Positions 20,093-28,941 of a stretch of DNA of 30,685 bases are shown piece by piece. This DNA comes from a bacterium (GTDB lineage: Bacteria > Zhuqueibacterota > Zhuqueibacteria > Oceanimicrobiales > Oceanimicrobiaceae), in the NCBI GenBank assembly GCA_046756745.1, contig JBHHWX010000008.1, positions 1 to 30,685 of the forward strand, written 5' to 3'. The notes beneath the pieces were generated by a model. It was not told the origin of the DNA. It was given only the letters and a program-made list of their open reading frames with translations, and made no database searches. Position numbers and translations under genes: made by a program. Position 1 is the stretch's first letter; the number at the start of each line of letters is the position of its first letter.

Positions 20093-20272
20093 GGATGGCT
20101 CAGTGAGTAGAACCCTTATTCATGACGTTATTGAAAAACTCTGTCAGGGTTCATGTTATTTCTATATATAGATGATTCATTTTTATAAATACTGCATACA
20201 GACACTTTTGCAAGACTCTAACCCTGACAGAGTTACAAATAGGATGGCTCAGTGAGTAGAACCCTTATTCAT
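20092..20272. repeat. 32-bp perfect direct repeat (AGGATGGCTCAGTGAGTAGAACCCTTATTCAT at 20092-20123 and 20241-20272) flanking a 117-bp AT-rich segment bounded by 15-bp perfect inverted repeats (AACTCTGTCAGGGTT at 20137-20151, AACCCTGACAGAGTT at 20220-20234)
   Basis: Read directly. The second direct-repeat copy covers the stop codon and 3' flank of the FtsX-type permease gene. Confidence 0.6.
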
Positions 20273-21516
20273 TCATAGCGCAAAGCGCCGATTGGGTGAA
20301 GACGGGCCGCTTTTGCTGCCGGGTAAATCCCGAAAAAAATTCCTACGACGGAGACGAATCCGATTCCTAAAAAAATAGACCACAAGGGAACAGATGCAGG
20401 CAGCGAGGTAAAAAGGCTGACAAGTTTGGCAAGTCCGAGACCCAACAAGACGCCGATCAGCCCGCCGATCTGACAAATCACAACCGCTTCGACCAAGAAT
20501 TGTAAAAGAATATCGCGGCGTTTGGCGCCGACCGCTTTGCGGATTCCGATTTCCCGGGTGCGCTCGGTTACGGAGACCAGCATGATATTCATCACGCCGA
20601 TACCGCCGACTAGTAAAGAAATCATACAGATTCCCACCGCTGCTGAAAAAATAATATTGGTCAGGCTCTTCCAAGTGTCCATAAGTGAATCCTTGGTCTG
20701 CACCTCGAAGTCATTTTCCTCACCTGGAGGAATCCCGCGTTCGACACGCAGGATGCCGGCGACTTCATCCATCGCCTCCTCTAACAAATCTGCGGACGTC
20801 GCTTTGACCGCAATCCCAATCGAGCGTTTTTCTCCATAGACTTTTTCAAAAGTGCTTATGGGCATCACAGCGATATTATCGCGGTTTTGGCCAAAAAAAT
20901 TGCCTTTTTCTTCAAATTCACCGATGACCGTAAACCTGTGTCCATCGATGAGCACTTCTTTGTCAATGGCGTCTTCGAACGGGAAAAGTTTTTCGACAAT
21001 ATCCAGACCCAAAACCACAACGTGCTGCCGGTATTGGAGATCGACGTCAGAGATGAAACGTCCCCTCTCCACAAAAAAACCGTTGGTGAGTTGCCAGGAT
21101 TGTGTGCCGCCGACTAAGAAGATATCCGGGTTGGTTCGTTTTCGTCCGTATTTGACAAACGAACCGAATTTCATGTCTTCGGGCGCTACTAAATTGACCA
21201 ATTCGGCTCTTTCTTCAATAGCTTTCGCTTCGTCTATCGTGATGTTTTTACGATTTCGATATTTATTCATACTCAGGGTAACCGCAGGATATTTTTGGAC
21301 ATAAAACGTATTCCCGCCAATCACAGAGAGTTCTTTATCGACATGATTGTTGAGCCCTTGGATAAAAGTCTGCATCGCGATTACCGTCAACACTCCGATG
21401 ACGATACCTAAAGTCGTCAGAATGGACCGCATTTTATTTGCCCGAATCGCGCTCAATGCTTCGGAAAAAACTTGTGTAAAATTGATGATTTTCATGATAC
21501 TTACCTTTTGAACCAA
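20269..21516 (-). CDS. ABC transporter permease, MacB/FtsX family (415 aa)
   Basis: N-terminal TM, large periplasmic domain, C-terminal FtsX four-TM region ending '...LHPIGALRYE'. Paralogue of the upstream permease. Confidence 0.85.
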   Translation of the reverse strand: MVQKVSIMKIINFTQVFSEALSAIRANKMRSILTTLGIVIGVLTVIAMQTFIQGLNNHVDKELSVIGGNTFYVQKYPAVTLSMNKYRNRKNITIDEAKAIEERAELVNLVAPEDMKFGSFVKYGRKRTNPDIFLVGGTQSWQLTNGFFVERGRFISDVDLQYRQHVVVLGLDIVEKLFPFEDAIDKEVLIDGHRFTVIGEFEEKGNFFGQNRDNIAVMPISTFEKVYGEKRSIGIAVKATSADLLEEAMDEVAGILRVERGIPPGEENDFEVQTKDSLMDTWKSLTNIIFSAAVGICMISLLVGGIGVMNIMLVSVTERTREIGIRKAVGAKRRDILLQFLVEAVVICQIGGLIGVLLGLGLAKLVSLFTSLPASVPLWSIFLGIGFVSVVGIFFGIYPAAKAARLHPIGALRYE

Positions 21517-21527
21517 TGACCCCTCAA

Positions 21528-22763
21528 CTACTCATATCTTAACGCCTCAATCGGATCGAGTTTTGCCGCTTTCGATGCCGGGTACAAGCCGAAGAAGATC
21601 CCGACGATCGAGGAAAAGCCGAAGCCGATGATGACGGAAAACAGGGAAGTTTCCGCAGGTATTGGAGCGACCGCATCGATGAGCATCCCGAGTCCAAAAC
21701 CGAGGACAGTGCCGATGAAGCCTCCAAAAACACTGATAACCACGGATTCAACCAGAAACTGCCACAACACGTCCCGTCTTTTGGCGCCGAGCGCTTTGCG
21801 GATGCCGATCTCTTTGGTGCGCTCGGTCACTGCAACCAGCATAATGTTCATAATTCCGATGCCGCCTACCAATAACGAAATCGCGCCGATACCGATGGCG
21901 ACGGCATAAAGACCGGCAGTCAACCCCTTATAAAGATTGGTGAGCACATCTTGCTGATTGATTGCAAAATCATCTTCCTTGTCTGCCGGCACCCGGCGCA
22001 CCCGGCGCAAAATGCCGCGAAGCTCCTCTTTTGCCTCATCCAGCAGCAGCGCATCGACAACCTTGACCCGGATCATCAAGGAACGGCGAGAGCCAAACAT
22101 TTTATAAAAAGCGCCAATTGGGACATAGATATTGATATCCAAATTTTGACCCAAAATGTCGCCCCGTTTTTCTAACACGCCGATGACTTCGGAAGGCATT
22201 CCGCCGATGAAAACTCTTTTATAAAGCGGGTCCTCGGATTTGAACAATTTGTTGGCGACCTCCCAGCCGATCACACACACATTACGCCGGTGTTTGACCT
22301 CGTAAGCGGTCATAAAACGCCCATATTCTGGAAAGGCATTGGCGACGTCTTTGTATTCTTCATTTGTGCCGTTAATCTGGACGCCGTTAATGATTTGGTT
22401 TTTATATTTTACGGATCGCCGCGTAAACGCCAGCGGCGCCACCGCTTCGGTAAGCGTTCCGGATGACGAAATCGCGTCCGCCTCTTTGAGGGTGATTTTT
22501 TTTCGGTTGCGATATTTGAAAAACTCTAAGCCAACAGTCCACGGCATTTTGGAAATGTAGAGGTTATCGGAGCCAAGATTGGAGATCTGGTCGGCGAAAG
22601 CATCGTCCAAGCCGTCGATAACGGTCAGAATGGTGATGATCGTTGCCACCCCGATCAGGATTCCCAACACGGTGAGAAAGGCGCGCAGCTTGTTTGCCCT
22701 GAGCGAGCTAAACGCCATGACCATGCCTTCCCAGAGATGAATCAGAGTTCGCGCTAATTTCAT
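21528..22763 (-). CDS. ABC transporter permease, MacB/FtsX family (411 aa)
   Basis: Same architecture, ending '...LDPIEALRYE'. Tandem with the 20269-21516 permease. Confidence 0.85.
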   Translation of the reverse strand: MKLARTLIHLWEGMVMAFSSLRANKLRAFLTVLGILIGVATIITILTVIDGLDDAFADQISNLGSDNLYISKMPWTVGLEFFKYRNRKKITLKEADAISSSGTLTEAVAPLAFTRRSVKYKNQIINGVQINGTNEEYKDVANAFPEYGRFMTAYEVKHRRNVCVIGWEVANKLFKSEDPLYKRVFIGGMPSEVIGVLEKRGDILGQNLDINIYVPIGAFYKMFGSRRSLMIRVKVVDALLLDEAKEELRGILRRVRRVPADKEDDFAINQQDVLTNLYKGLTAGLYAVAIGIGAISLLVGGIGIMNIMLVAVTERTKEIGIRKALGAKRRDVLWQFLVESVVISVFGGFIGTVLGFGLGMLIDAVAPIPAETSLFSVIIGFGFSSIVGIFFGLYPASKAAKLDPIEALRYE

Positions 22764-22797
22764 AGTATTCGTCCGTGTGCTCCTTGAAACTCCTGTT

Positions 22798-23511
22798 TCA
22801 AGAACGCCCGTTTTGTTTCACGACTTCGTCACTCTCGATCAATCCGTCGCGTAAACAGATAATTCGATTCGCATGTTCGGCGATATATTTTTCATGAGTG
22901 ACTAATATGATCGTATTCCCTTGCTCGTAGAGTTTTTCAAAAATCTCCATAATCTCTTCGCCGGTCTTTGTATCCAAATTTCCAGTGGGTTCATCGGCTA
23001 AGATGATAGAGGGATTGTTGACCAATGCCCGCGCAATGGCCACACGCTGACGTTGTCCGCCGGAAAGTTCGTTGGGCTTATGAGTCACACGATCTCCAAG
23101 ACCGACATTCTCTAACGCCTGGCGTGCGGTTTCCTTTCTCTGTGCAGAAGCAACGCCGCTGTAAATGAGCGGCAGCTCAACGTTATGCAAAGCGTTTGCA
23201 CGAGGCAGAAGGTTGAACGTCTGAAAAACAAAGCCTATTTTCTTGTTGCGTATTGTGGCCAGATCATCATCGTCCATTTGACTGACGTCCTCGCCGCTGA
23301 AATGATAACTCCCATCGGTAGGAGTATCTAAACAGCCGAGAATGTTCATGAGAGTTGATTTTCCCGAACCGGAGGGACCCATGATCGCCACGTACTCGTT
23401 TTGAGCGATGGTTAAATCAATATTTTTTAAAGCCGGGACGTCAACTGCGCCTAATTCGTAAATCTTAGCTAAGTTTTTAATGTCGATAAGCATGTCACCT
23501 TTCCTCCACAT
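22798..23511 (-). CDS. ABC transporter ATP-binding protein (MacB/LolD-type ATPase)
   Basis: Walker A 'GPSGSGKST', signature '[15 protein letters not shown]', Walker B '[11 protein letters not shown]'. Confidence 0.9.
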   Translation of the reverse strand: MWRKGDMLIDIKNLAKIYELGAVDVPALKNIDLTIAQNEYVAIMGPSGSGKSTLMNILGCLDTPTDGSYHFSGEDVSQMDDDDLATIRNKKIGFVFQTFNLLPRANALHNVELPLIYSGVASAQRKETARQALENVGLGDRVTHKPNELSGGQRQRVAIARALVNNPSIILADEPTGNLDTKTGEEIMEIFEKLYEQGNTIILVTHEKYIAEHANRIICLRDGLIESDEVVKQNGRS

Positions 23512-23520
23512 CTATTCAGG

Positions 23521-23599
23521 CGTAGAAGCTTCGGAGTGCAAAACTTTAGTCTTGCAAAAGTTTTGCACTGTTTCAATGTAAGCCGCAACGCTAAAGCGC
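23521..23599. repeat. Nested inverted repeats in the HlyD to ABC-ATPase gap: outer TCGGAGTGCA / TGCACTCCGA (23521-23530 and 23590-23599), inner GTGCAAAACTTT / AAAGTTTTGCAC (23526-23537 and 23547-23558)
   Basis: Read directly; 10-bp and 12-bp perfect arms. Confidence 0.45.
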
Positions 23600-23630
23600 T
23601 GCACTCCGATACCCAAGTCTGAATCGTTAC

Positions 23631-24935
23631 TTACTCTTTATCTCTCCGAAACCTTTTGGTCTTATTATTGATTTTGATTTTGCTCTTGTCTTTAAGCGTT
23701 TTTGACAAAACACGAAAACTCCCGGTCACGATTTCGTCGCCTTCCTCAACGCCGGCCACGATTTCGACATTTTTCTCGCTGCTGATGCCGGTATCGACAG
23801 GCATCATGTTCGCCACTCCGTCTTTTGTTACGAAGACCACCTGCACGAGCTTGTCTCTATCCGTGGCAGCGGCTTTCTCTGGCTTGTCGGTCGCGCCGTT
23901 CTGGGAGCCGCCGCTAAAAAGTTCCGCGTTGGCGTCGCGCGTCGAACCTTTCTTACGGCGCCAGGTTTTTTTGTTGAATTTGCCGGTCTCGCTGGTTGTG
24001 TCGCTGGGCGCCCGCATGGTAATGGCCTGGATAGGCACATACAAGACGTCCTCGCGTGTTTCGGTTCTGATATCCACAGTCGCGGACATACCCGGGCGCA
24101 GATCCGTCACATTATCTGTAATAAGAATTTTAACGTTGAAATTCGTGACTTCTTCCTGAGTTCCGCGTCCGCGGGTGGTCGCTGTGTGGGCAATTTCGCT
24201 CACATAACCATGAAATTGTACATCCGTGATGGCATCGACTTCGATGTCAGCGGCGTCACCCAGACTCACCAGCACCACATCGTTTTCATCGATTTCTGCG
24301 ACCATTTCCATACGAGTCAAATCGGCAACCGTCATGATGACGTCGGCTTGAAACTGTGAGCCGAGCGCGATTTCGCCGGCCTCTTTATTTAATTGGGAGA
24401 CGGTGCCGTCAATTGGAGAGATCAGGCGCGTTTTTGTGAGATCGTCATTGGCCTGTTTGACGTTCGCGATGGATAAGTCTACCTGACTTTCAGCTAATTC
24501 AAAATTAGCCTCGGCAGCCTCTAACTCAGCTTGTGAAAACAACTGTTTGTCAAACAAGCCATTCGCGCGGGTCAATTCACTTTTGGCCTTTTTGAGATTC
24601 GCTTTCGCAGACTTTAAATTCGACTGGGCGCGTTCATAAGCTGCTTCGTAACGGGTACGGTCCAGCTCAACTAACAACTGTCCCTTGGCGACGCGATCGC
24701 CTTCTTTCACCGGAAGATTTGTAATTTCCGCACTCACAAAAGCGGAAATCTTGACCTCCTTTTCCGGCTGAATCTTACCGGAACCCGAAACCAATTGCGT
24801 GATATCCCCTTGCTTGACTTTTGTTGTTTGCACTTCGATTACCTTGCCCCGGGCTTTGTTCAAATTAATAAAAACAAACCCGGCAATGACAACGAGGGCG
24901 ACTGAAAAAATGACAATTTTTGTTTTCTTAGACAT
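23631..24935 (-). CDS. HlyD/MacA-family periplasmic adaptor (membrane fusion protein)
   Basis: N-terminal TM 'IVIFSVALVVIAGFVFI', long coiled-coil ('YEAAYERAQSNLKSAKANLKKAKSEL'), C-terminal beta-barrel domains. Start set at ATG 24935, preceded by AGGAGG; the track ORF extends to 25016. Confidence 0.85.
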   Translation of the reverse strand: MSKKTKIVIFSVALVVIAGFVFINLNKARGKVIEVQTTKVKQGDITQLVSGSGKIQPEKEVKISAFVSAEITNLPVKEGDRVAKGQLLVELDRTRYEAAYERAQSNLKSAKANLKKAKSELTRANGLFDKQLFSQAELEAAEANFELAESQVDLSIANVKQANDDLTKTRLISPIDGTVSQLNKEAGEIALGSQFQADVIMTVADLTRMEMVAEIDENDVVLVSLGDAADIEVDAITDVQFHGYVSEIAHTATTRGRGTQEEVTNFNVKILITDNVTDLRPGMSATVDIRTETREDVLYVPIQAITMRAPSDTTSETGKFNKKTWRRKKGSTRDANAELFSGGSQNGATDKPEKAAATDRDKLVQVVFVTKDGVANMMPVDTGISSEKNVEIVAGVEEGDEIVTGSFRVLSKTLKDKSKIKINNKTKRFRRDKE

Positions 24936-25156
24936 CAGTAGTTTCCTCCTTAAAGTAACCACATAACGCGCACTAAAATACTTGACATCTCTCTTCTTCT
25001 CAAGCGATGATACCAATCTCAGCAGCTTATTCTCGACTTCATAATGAAGCTCATCGATTTGCTGGAAATTTGAACAAATCGATCGCTCTTTGCCACACTT
25101 CCAGCTTCATGTACCCACGATTCTTATTACGCCGCTTTGTATAATTACCCATCCAT

Positions 25157-25235
25157 CACTCCATTTCTCTCCATCACCCCATTACTCCATCCCTCCAAAT
25201 ACTCCATAACTCCAACGACTCCATAACTCTCATCA
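25157..25235. repeat. Degenerate tandem repeat of about 17 bp (ACTCCAT-containing units at 25158, 25168, 25184, 25201, 25218; the last three exactly 17 nt apart)
   Basis: Read directly, immediately 3' of the TolC-like gene stop. On the minus-strand transcript it reads as roughly 9 GGA/GGAG motifs in about 90 nt. Confidence 0.5.
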
Positions 25236-26609
25236 CCTTTCTTCAGTCAAACCCATCGCCGCCTCTAATTGCGCTTGCGCAATCATCGCGTCGTATTTTG
25301 CTCTGACCAATGTTACGCGTGCTCGAGTGAGCGAGACCTGCGCTTCGGTCACCTCTAATTGCGTGCCGGCGCCGACACGGTAGCGTTCTTGCGCGAGACG
25401 GTATTCTTCTTCGGCGGCGCGGAGGTTTTTTTCGTTAATTTTAGAAATTGCGATAAACGCTTGCAGATTCAAGAGCGCTTGTTTGACTTCCAAATGGGTT
25501 TGCCGGCGTGTGTTGATCCAATTTTCTTTTGCAATCGAGTAGTTGGCGCTCTGTCTTGATATTTCAGCCGCATCCGCTAACCCATTAAAAATATCATAAT
25601 TAAATGAAAAATCAATCGTCGCACGGAAATCTTTGCTCAGATCCCCATAAACTCTGCCAAACTGGGTGTTGCTTCTAAAATAATTTACACTGACGCCGAT
25701 GGAAGGCAAAAACGCGCCTTTCGCTGCCTTGCGTCCGTATTCAGCCCCTTGCATATCGAATTCAAAACGGTGTAATTGGGGATTATTTTTTTCGGAAATT
25801 TTTATCGCATCTTCTAAAGTATATTTCGATGGTTGAGTGGCGATTTCCATCTCTGTGATGGTAATGGGCGTCTCGGGATCGCGTCCCATAGCGACATTCA
25901 GATTTCCCCTGGCGATTTTGACGATATTTTTTTGACTGATGGCATTGATTTGATCGTTGCCAAGCGTCACTTCGGAACGATAGACATCCACTTGCGCCAC
26001 CGAGCCAATCTCGTACATACTTTGAGTTCTATTCAACTGCTCTTTACTTCTCTTGACCGCTTCGTTATATTCACGCTCGAGATTAACTGCCTTGAGCAGC
26101 TCAAAGTAACGTTGTTTGACCCTGGTATACACATTCTGGCGGGCTGAAGCCAAGTTACTGGACATCGCGTTATAAGACGCCTTCGATTGTTTGATGGTGT
26201 TCCAATTTCGTCCAAAATCAAACAACGTTTGACTGTATCGCAGCACAGCCGAATACGATGGCACGGTTGAGCTCCCAATTGTCGTCGTTCGACGCTCAAC
26301 AATGACTTCTCCGGTTGTCGTATCGAATCCCACCGGGTTGAGCTGCTGAATAGCCGTAGCGCCTTGGAAATCTCTTCCGGAAGTCAAGGACAGGCTTAAC
26401 CGGGGCAGAACGGCCGAATAAGAGCTTTTCACGTTTGCGCCGGCGCGGTCCACCTGGTAAACCGCACTCTTCAGATCCGAATTATTCTGCAAAGCGATAT
26501 CGAGACACTCTTTAAGAGAAAGCGCTTTACCGCTTTGAGCAAACGAAAAGTGGATAAACAACACAAGCAAGCTTGAAACACAGACCGAAAATTTCAACAG
26601 CTTAGCCAT
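25233..26609 (-). CDS. TolC-family outer-membrane efflux protein
   Basis: Signal peptide, then 'LSLKECLDIALQNNSDLKSAVYQVDRAGANV', and two OEP-repeat halves ('...QLEVTEAQVSLTRARVTL...'). Confidence 0.85.
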   Translation of the reverse strand: MAKLLKFSVCVSSLLVLFIHFSFAQSGKALSLKECLDIALQNNSDLKSAVYQVDRAGANVKSSYSAVLPRLSLSLTSGRDFQGATAIQQLNPVGFDTTTGEVIVERRTTTIGSSTVPSYSAVLRYSQTLFDFGRNWNTIKQSKASYNAMSSNLASARQNVYTRVKQRYFELLKAVNLEREYNEAVKRSKEQLNRTQSMYEIGSVAQVDVYRSEVTLGNDQINAISQKNIVKIARGNLNVAMGRDPETPITITEMEIATQPSKYTLEDAIKISEKNNPQLHRFEFDMQGAEYGRKAAKGAFLPSIGVSVNYFRSNTQFGRVYGDLSKDFRATIDFSFNYDIFNGLADAAEISRQSANYSIAKENWINTRRQTHLEVKQALLNLQAFIAISKINEKNLRAAEEEYRLAQERYRVGAGTQLEVTEAQVSLTRARVTLVRAKYDAMIAQAQLEAAMGLTEER

Positions 26610-26633
26610 AATACGACTCCTTTGAATGTTAAA

Positions 26634-27356
26634 TTATGAAAACAAGCCTGAGAGCGCCGATGCTCCGAGAGCATAGAGGGCATACACGACAACCACAGCC
26701 GTGGCCATTTTCTGTGTTTTCATTTTGTAAATGACCCCTAACCCGATTGAAAGAGTGGCAATACACCAAAACGAAAAAACATCAACTCTGGATAAAAGCT
26801 GATAGAGAAAGGTGGTCGCGGATTCGTCGGGCATCAGCGAGGCGAGTGAAAACGTGACCAAAGCGGTCTCTTTTGCAAGGATGAGCGGTGTCAGGATCAA
26901 ATTGTAGAGACTTAAAATCAGGAATGAATGCGCTGTCACACTCATCAGTTTTGGGAACGTCGTTTTCCCTCCTAATACGACGTTACCGACAAACATAAAA
27001 ACCGCTGCGACAACAGCAACTGCAATGAAGGGTCCAATAACAGAAAAAATGTAGCCGAAAATCATCCCGAATTTTTCCCCCATTTCCCGGGTCTGTTCAA
27101 TTTGCTCAGAATCCAGACCCTGCTCCAGCATGGCTTCTTCTTGCATGTTCAATCTTTCTTGTATGGTCACATCCCCGGCCAGTTTCATGAAAACCAAATT
27201 CGCAACCACCATGACCAGAAGCGGTAAAAGCCAGCCCGGCTTAAGATCGATGCTGGCAAACGTCTTGCCCGGTGAAGTAAACACGTTGATGATTCTTGAA
27301 AACGCACTCATCTCGGACGCAGATGCGCCATTCGCTTGCATCTCATTGGATTCCAT
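26634..27356 (-). CDS. Yip1-domain family integral membrane protein
   Basis: Soluble N-terminus 'FSRIINVFTSPGKTFASI' followed by five predicted TM helices, typical of the Yip1/DUF1282 architecture. Same strand as the efflux genes, immediately upstream. Confidence 0.55.
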   Translation of the reverse strand: MESNEMQANGASASEMSAFSRIINVFTSPGKTFASIDLKPGWLLPLLVMVVANLVFMKLAGDVTIQERLNMQEEAMLEQGLDSEQIEQTREMGEKFGMIFGYIFSVIGPFIAVAVVAAVFMFVGNVVLGGKTTFPKLMSVTAHSFLILSLYNLILTPLILAKETALVTFSLASLMPDESATTFLYQLLSRVDVFSFWCIATLSIGLGVIYKMKTQKMATAVVVVYALYALGASALSGLFS

Positions 27357-27581
27357 TTTTCCTCTCCTCGATAAATTATGTTAATGGATTTTAAAAGATG
27401 TGCCGCATTTTAAAACGGATACGGTTTTAAAAAGTTTCGCCTTAAAATATAAGTAATCTCAATTGGTTTTCCAATTAGTTTTTCTGATACCCCGGCTGTT
27501 TAACTTTATTCGAGCCTGACCCAAGATTCGCCAAATATCAGGGCAAAGCTTCGTAACTCAAACGTCTCGTTTGCGAAACCT

Positions 27582-27650
27582 AAAAAAATTCTTAACAATG
27601 GGTGTGCTATGCAAGGTGAATTGATGAAAAGGATTTTAATGCTTCAAATC
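27582..27650 (+). pseudogene. Remnant of an MNT (minimal nucleotidyltransferase) 3' end
   Basis: 27597-27650 is about 95% identical to two separated pieces of the intact MNT gene (29073-29105 and 29157-29176). The about 51 nt between them is deleted here. Confidence 0.5.
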
Positions 27651-27772
27651 AGATGTAACAGCTTACCCCGCCAGCTCGAGCCCGCATGATCCCGCAAAAA
27701 ACGTGCGGGACAAGCTTAAACAGGGAGACTTGCCAGAAATGACGACGGGGTAAACGGCTACACTTTGGGGAT

Positions 27773-28129
27773 TTACTTCTCGGCTACTGAGCCGCCCAAC
27801 TGGTTTACCCCATCAAGAAGATTGACGACCTCCAGCGAATCCAACTTGTTATCGCTCATACTGCTCTGGAAAAGAGAGACAACTTTCTGAAGCTCAGGCG
27901 GTTTCACCTCACCCGTTTTTAGTTTGTCGACGGCGTTACTAAAAATTGCTTTCGCGCTATCTTGCGAAACAGATGCGGGAAGATTTGGCATAACCATCTC
28001 CTCGATCGCGCCAACACTTTTTTCAACTGCGAAGCTGGTAAGCTTGTCTTTGTTGACGTAGATAAGAATACCGCCGATTAAAATGACAGCAACAATAACA
28101 ATAACTGTGATAAGTAAGAATTTTTTCAT
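27773..28129 (-). CDS. Hypothetical N-terminally membrane-anchored protein (118 aa)
   Basis: 'MKKFLLITVIVIVAVILIGGILIYV' TM anchor then a soluble domain. No recognisable family. Confidence 0.45.
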   Translation of the reverse strand: MKKFLLITVIVIVAVILIGGILIYVNKDKLTSFAVEKSVGAIEEMVMPNLPASVSQDSAKAIFSNAVDKLKTGEVKPPELQKVVSLFQSSMSDNKLDSLEVVNLLDGVNQLGGSVAEK

Positions 28130-28195
28130 GACGCCTCCTCCGTTTTAAGATCGGTGACAAATCTCCCTGTTTTTCCCGTCAGGTGGACGCTGAGA

Positions 28196-28320
28196 AACGT
28201 GGCCGGAAAGTGCGTTTCCCTTTGCGACGGCGTCCTCGCCGAGCAGACTCTATGCTGAGAAACCCTTGGCGAGACGCATCCGGGAAGTGATTTAGGACTT
28301 TCCGAGCGCGTTTCTAGGAT
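28196..28320. repeat. Copy B of the repeat family of about 110 bp; contains two tandem sub-units each beginning GCTGAGAAAC
   Basis: See copy A. Sub-unit small hairpins GGAAAgtgcgTTTCC and GGAAGTgatttaggACTTTCC. Confidence 0.5.
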
Positions 28321-28357
28321 ATCCACGACACTTAATACAAAAGTACAAAACAGAATG

Positions 28358-28445
28358 ATAAAATCAAGGATTTTAGAACATGGATAAAAAAACAGCTCTC
28401 CGAATCGTAAAAGAATATATCGCTTTTCTACAACAAAATGAATAT
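28358..28445 (+). pseudogene. Remnant of a HEPN 3' end joined to an MNT 5' end (duplicate of 28890-28976)
   Basis: About 88 bp with 2 mismatches to the intact HEPN/MNT junction. Encodes '...KIKDFRTWIKKQLSES*' then 'MDKKTALRIVKEYIAFLQQNEY' before diverging to a stop. Confidence 0.55.
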
Positions 28446-28545
28446 GTCTTATGCGACTCTGCCGCGTTAGGAATTATTCAGGTTATATCAACGACATCAA
28501 CTATAATCGTTGATTTTTTTTGTCATATTGTCTATAATAAAAATT

Positions 28546-28941
28546 ATGGATAGAGAAGATCTCATAGCGTATTGGATTAACAGCTCAGATAAAGATTTTA
28601 AAACAATGCAGCATTTGTTCAAAACAAAAGATTATCATTGGTGCCTATTCCTTGGACATTTAGTGATAGAAAAACTATTAAAGGCATATTTTGTAAAAAC
28701 GGTAGACCTCCAGCCGCCTTTCATCCATGATTTACTGAGATTAGCTTCAAAATCAAAATTAGAATTATCTCAGGAACAGAAAGACACATTAGATATTGTG
28801 TCAACATTTAATATCAGCGCCAGATATGATGATTATAAATTGCAGTTTTACAAACAATGCTCAAAAGAATATACAGAAAAATGGCATAAAAAAATCAAGG
28901 ATTTTAGAACATGGATAAAAAAACAGCTCTCCGAATCGTAA
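28546..28941 (+). CDS. HEPN-domain protein (putative toxin partner of the MNT)
   Basis: 'HLVIEKLLKAYFVKTVDLQPPFIHDLLRLA' and 'ISARYDDY' resemble HEPN. Overlaps the downstream MNT gene by 31 nt. Start set at MDRED (28546); the track ORF begins at 28510. Confidence 0.6.
   Translation: MDREDLIAYWINSSDKDFKTMQHLFKTKDYHWCLFLGHLVIEKLLKAYFVKTVDLQPPFIHDLLRLASKSKLELSQEQKDTLDIVSTFNISARYDDYKLQFYKQCSKEYTEKWHKKIKDFRTWIKKQLSES

Noticed and set aside
19924-20106. 60-aa plus-strand ORF and the 28126-28326 minus-strand ORF lying in repeat copies A and B
   Set aside because: Their similarity to each other comes from the nucleotide repeat. The frames are not conserved between copies (B hits a stop where A continues), so they are not protein-coding.
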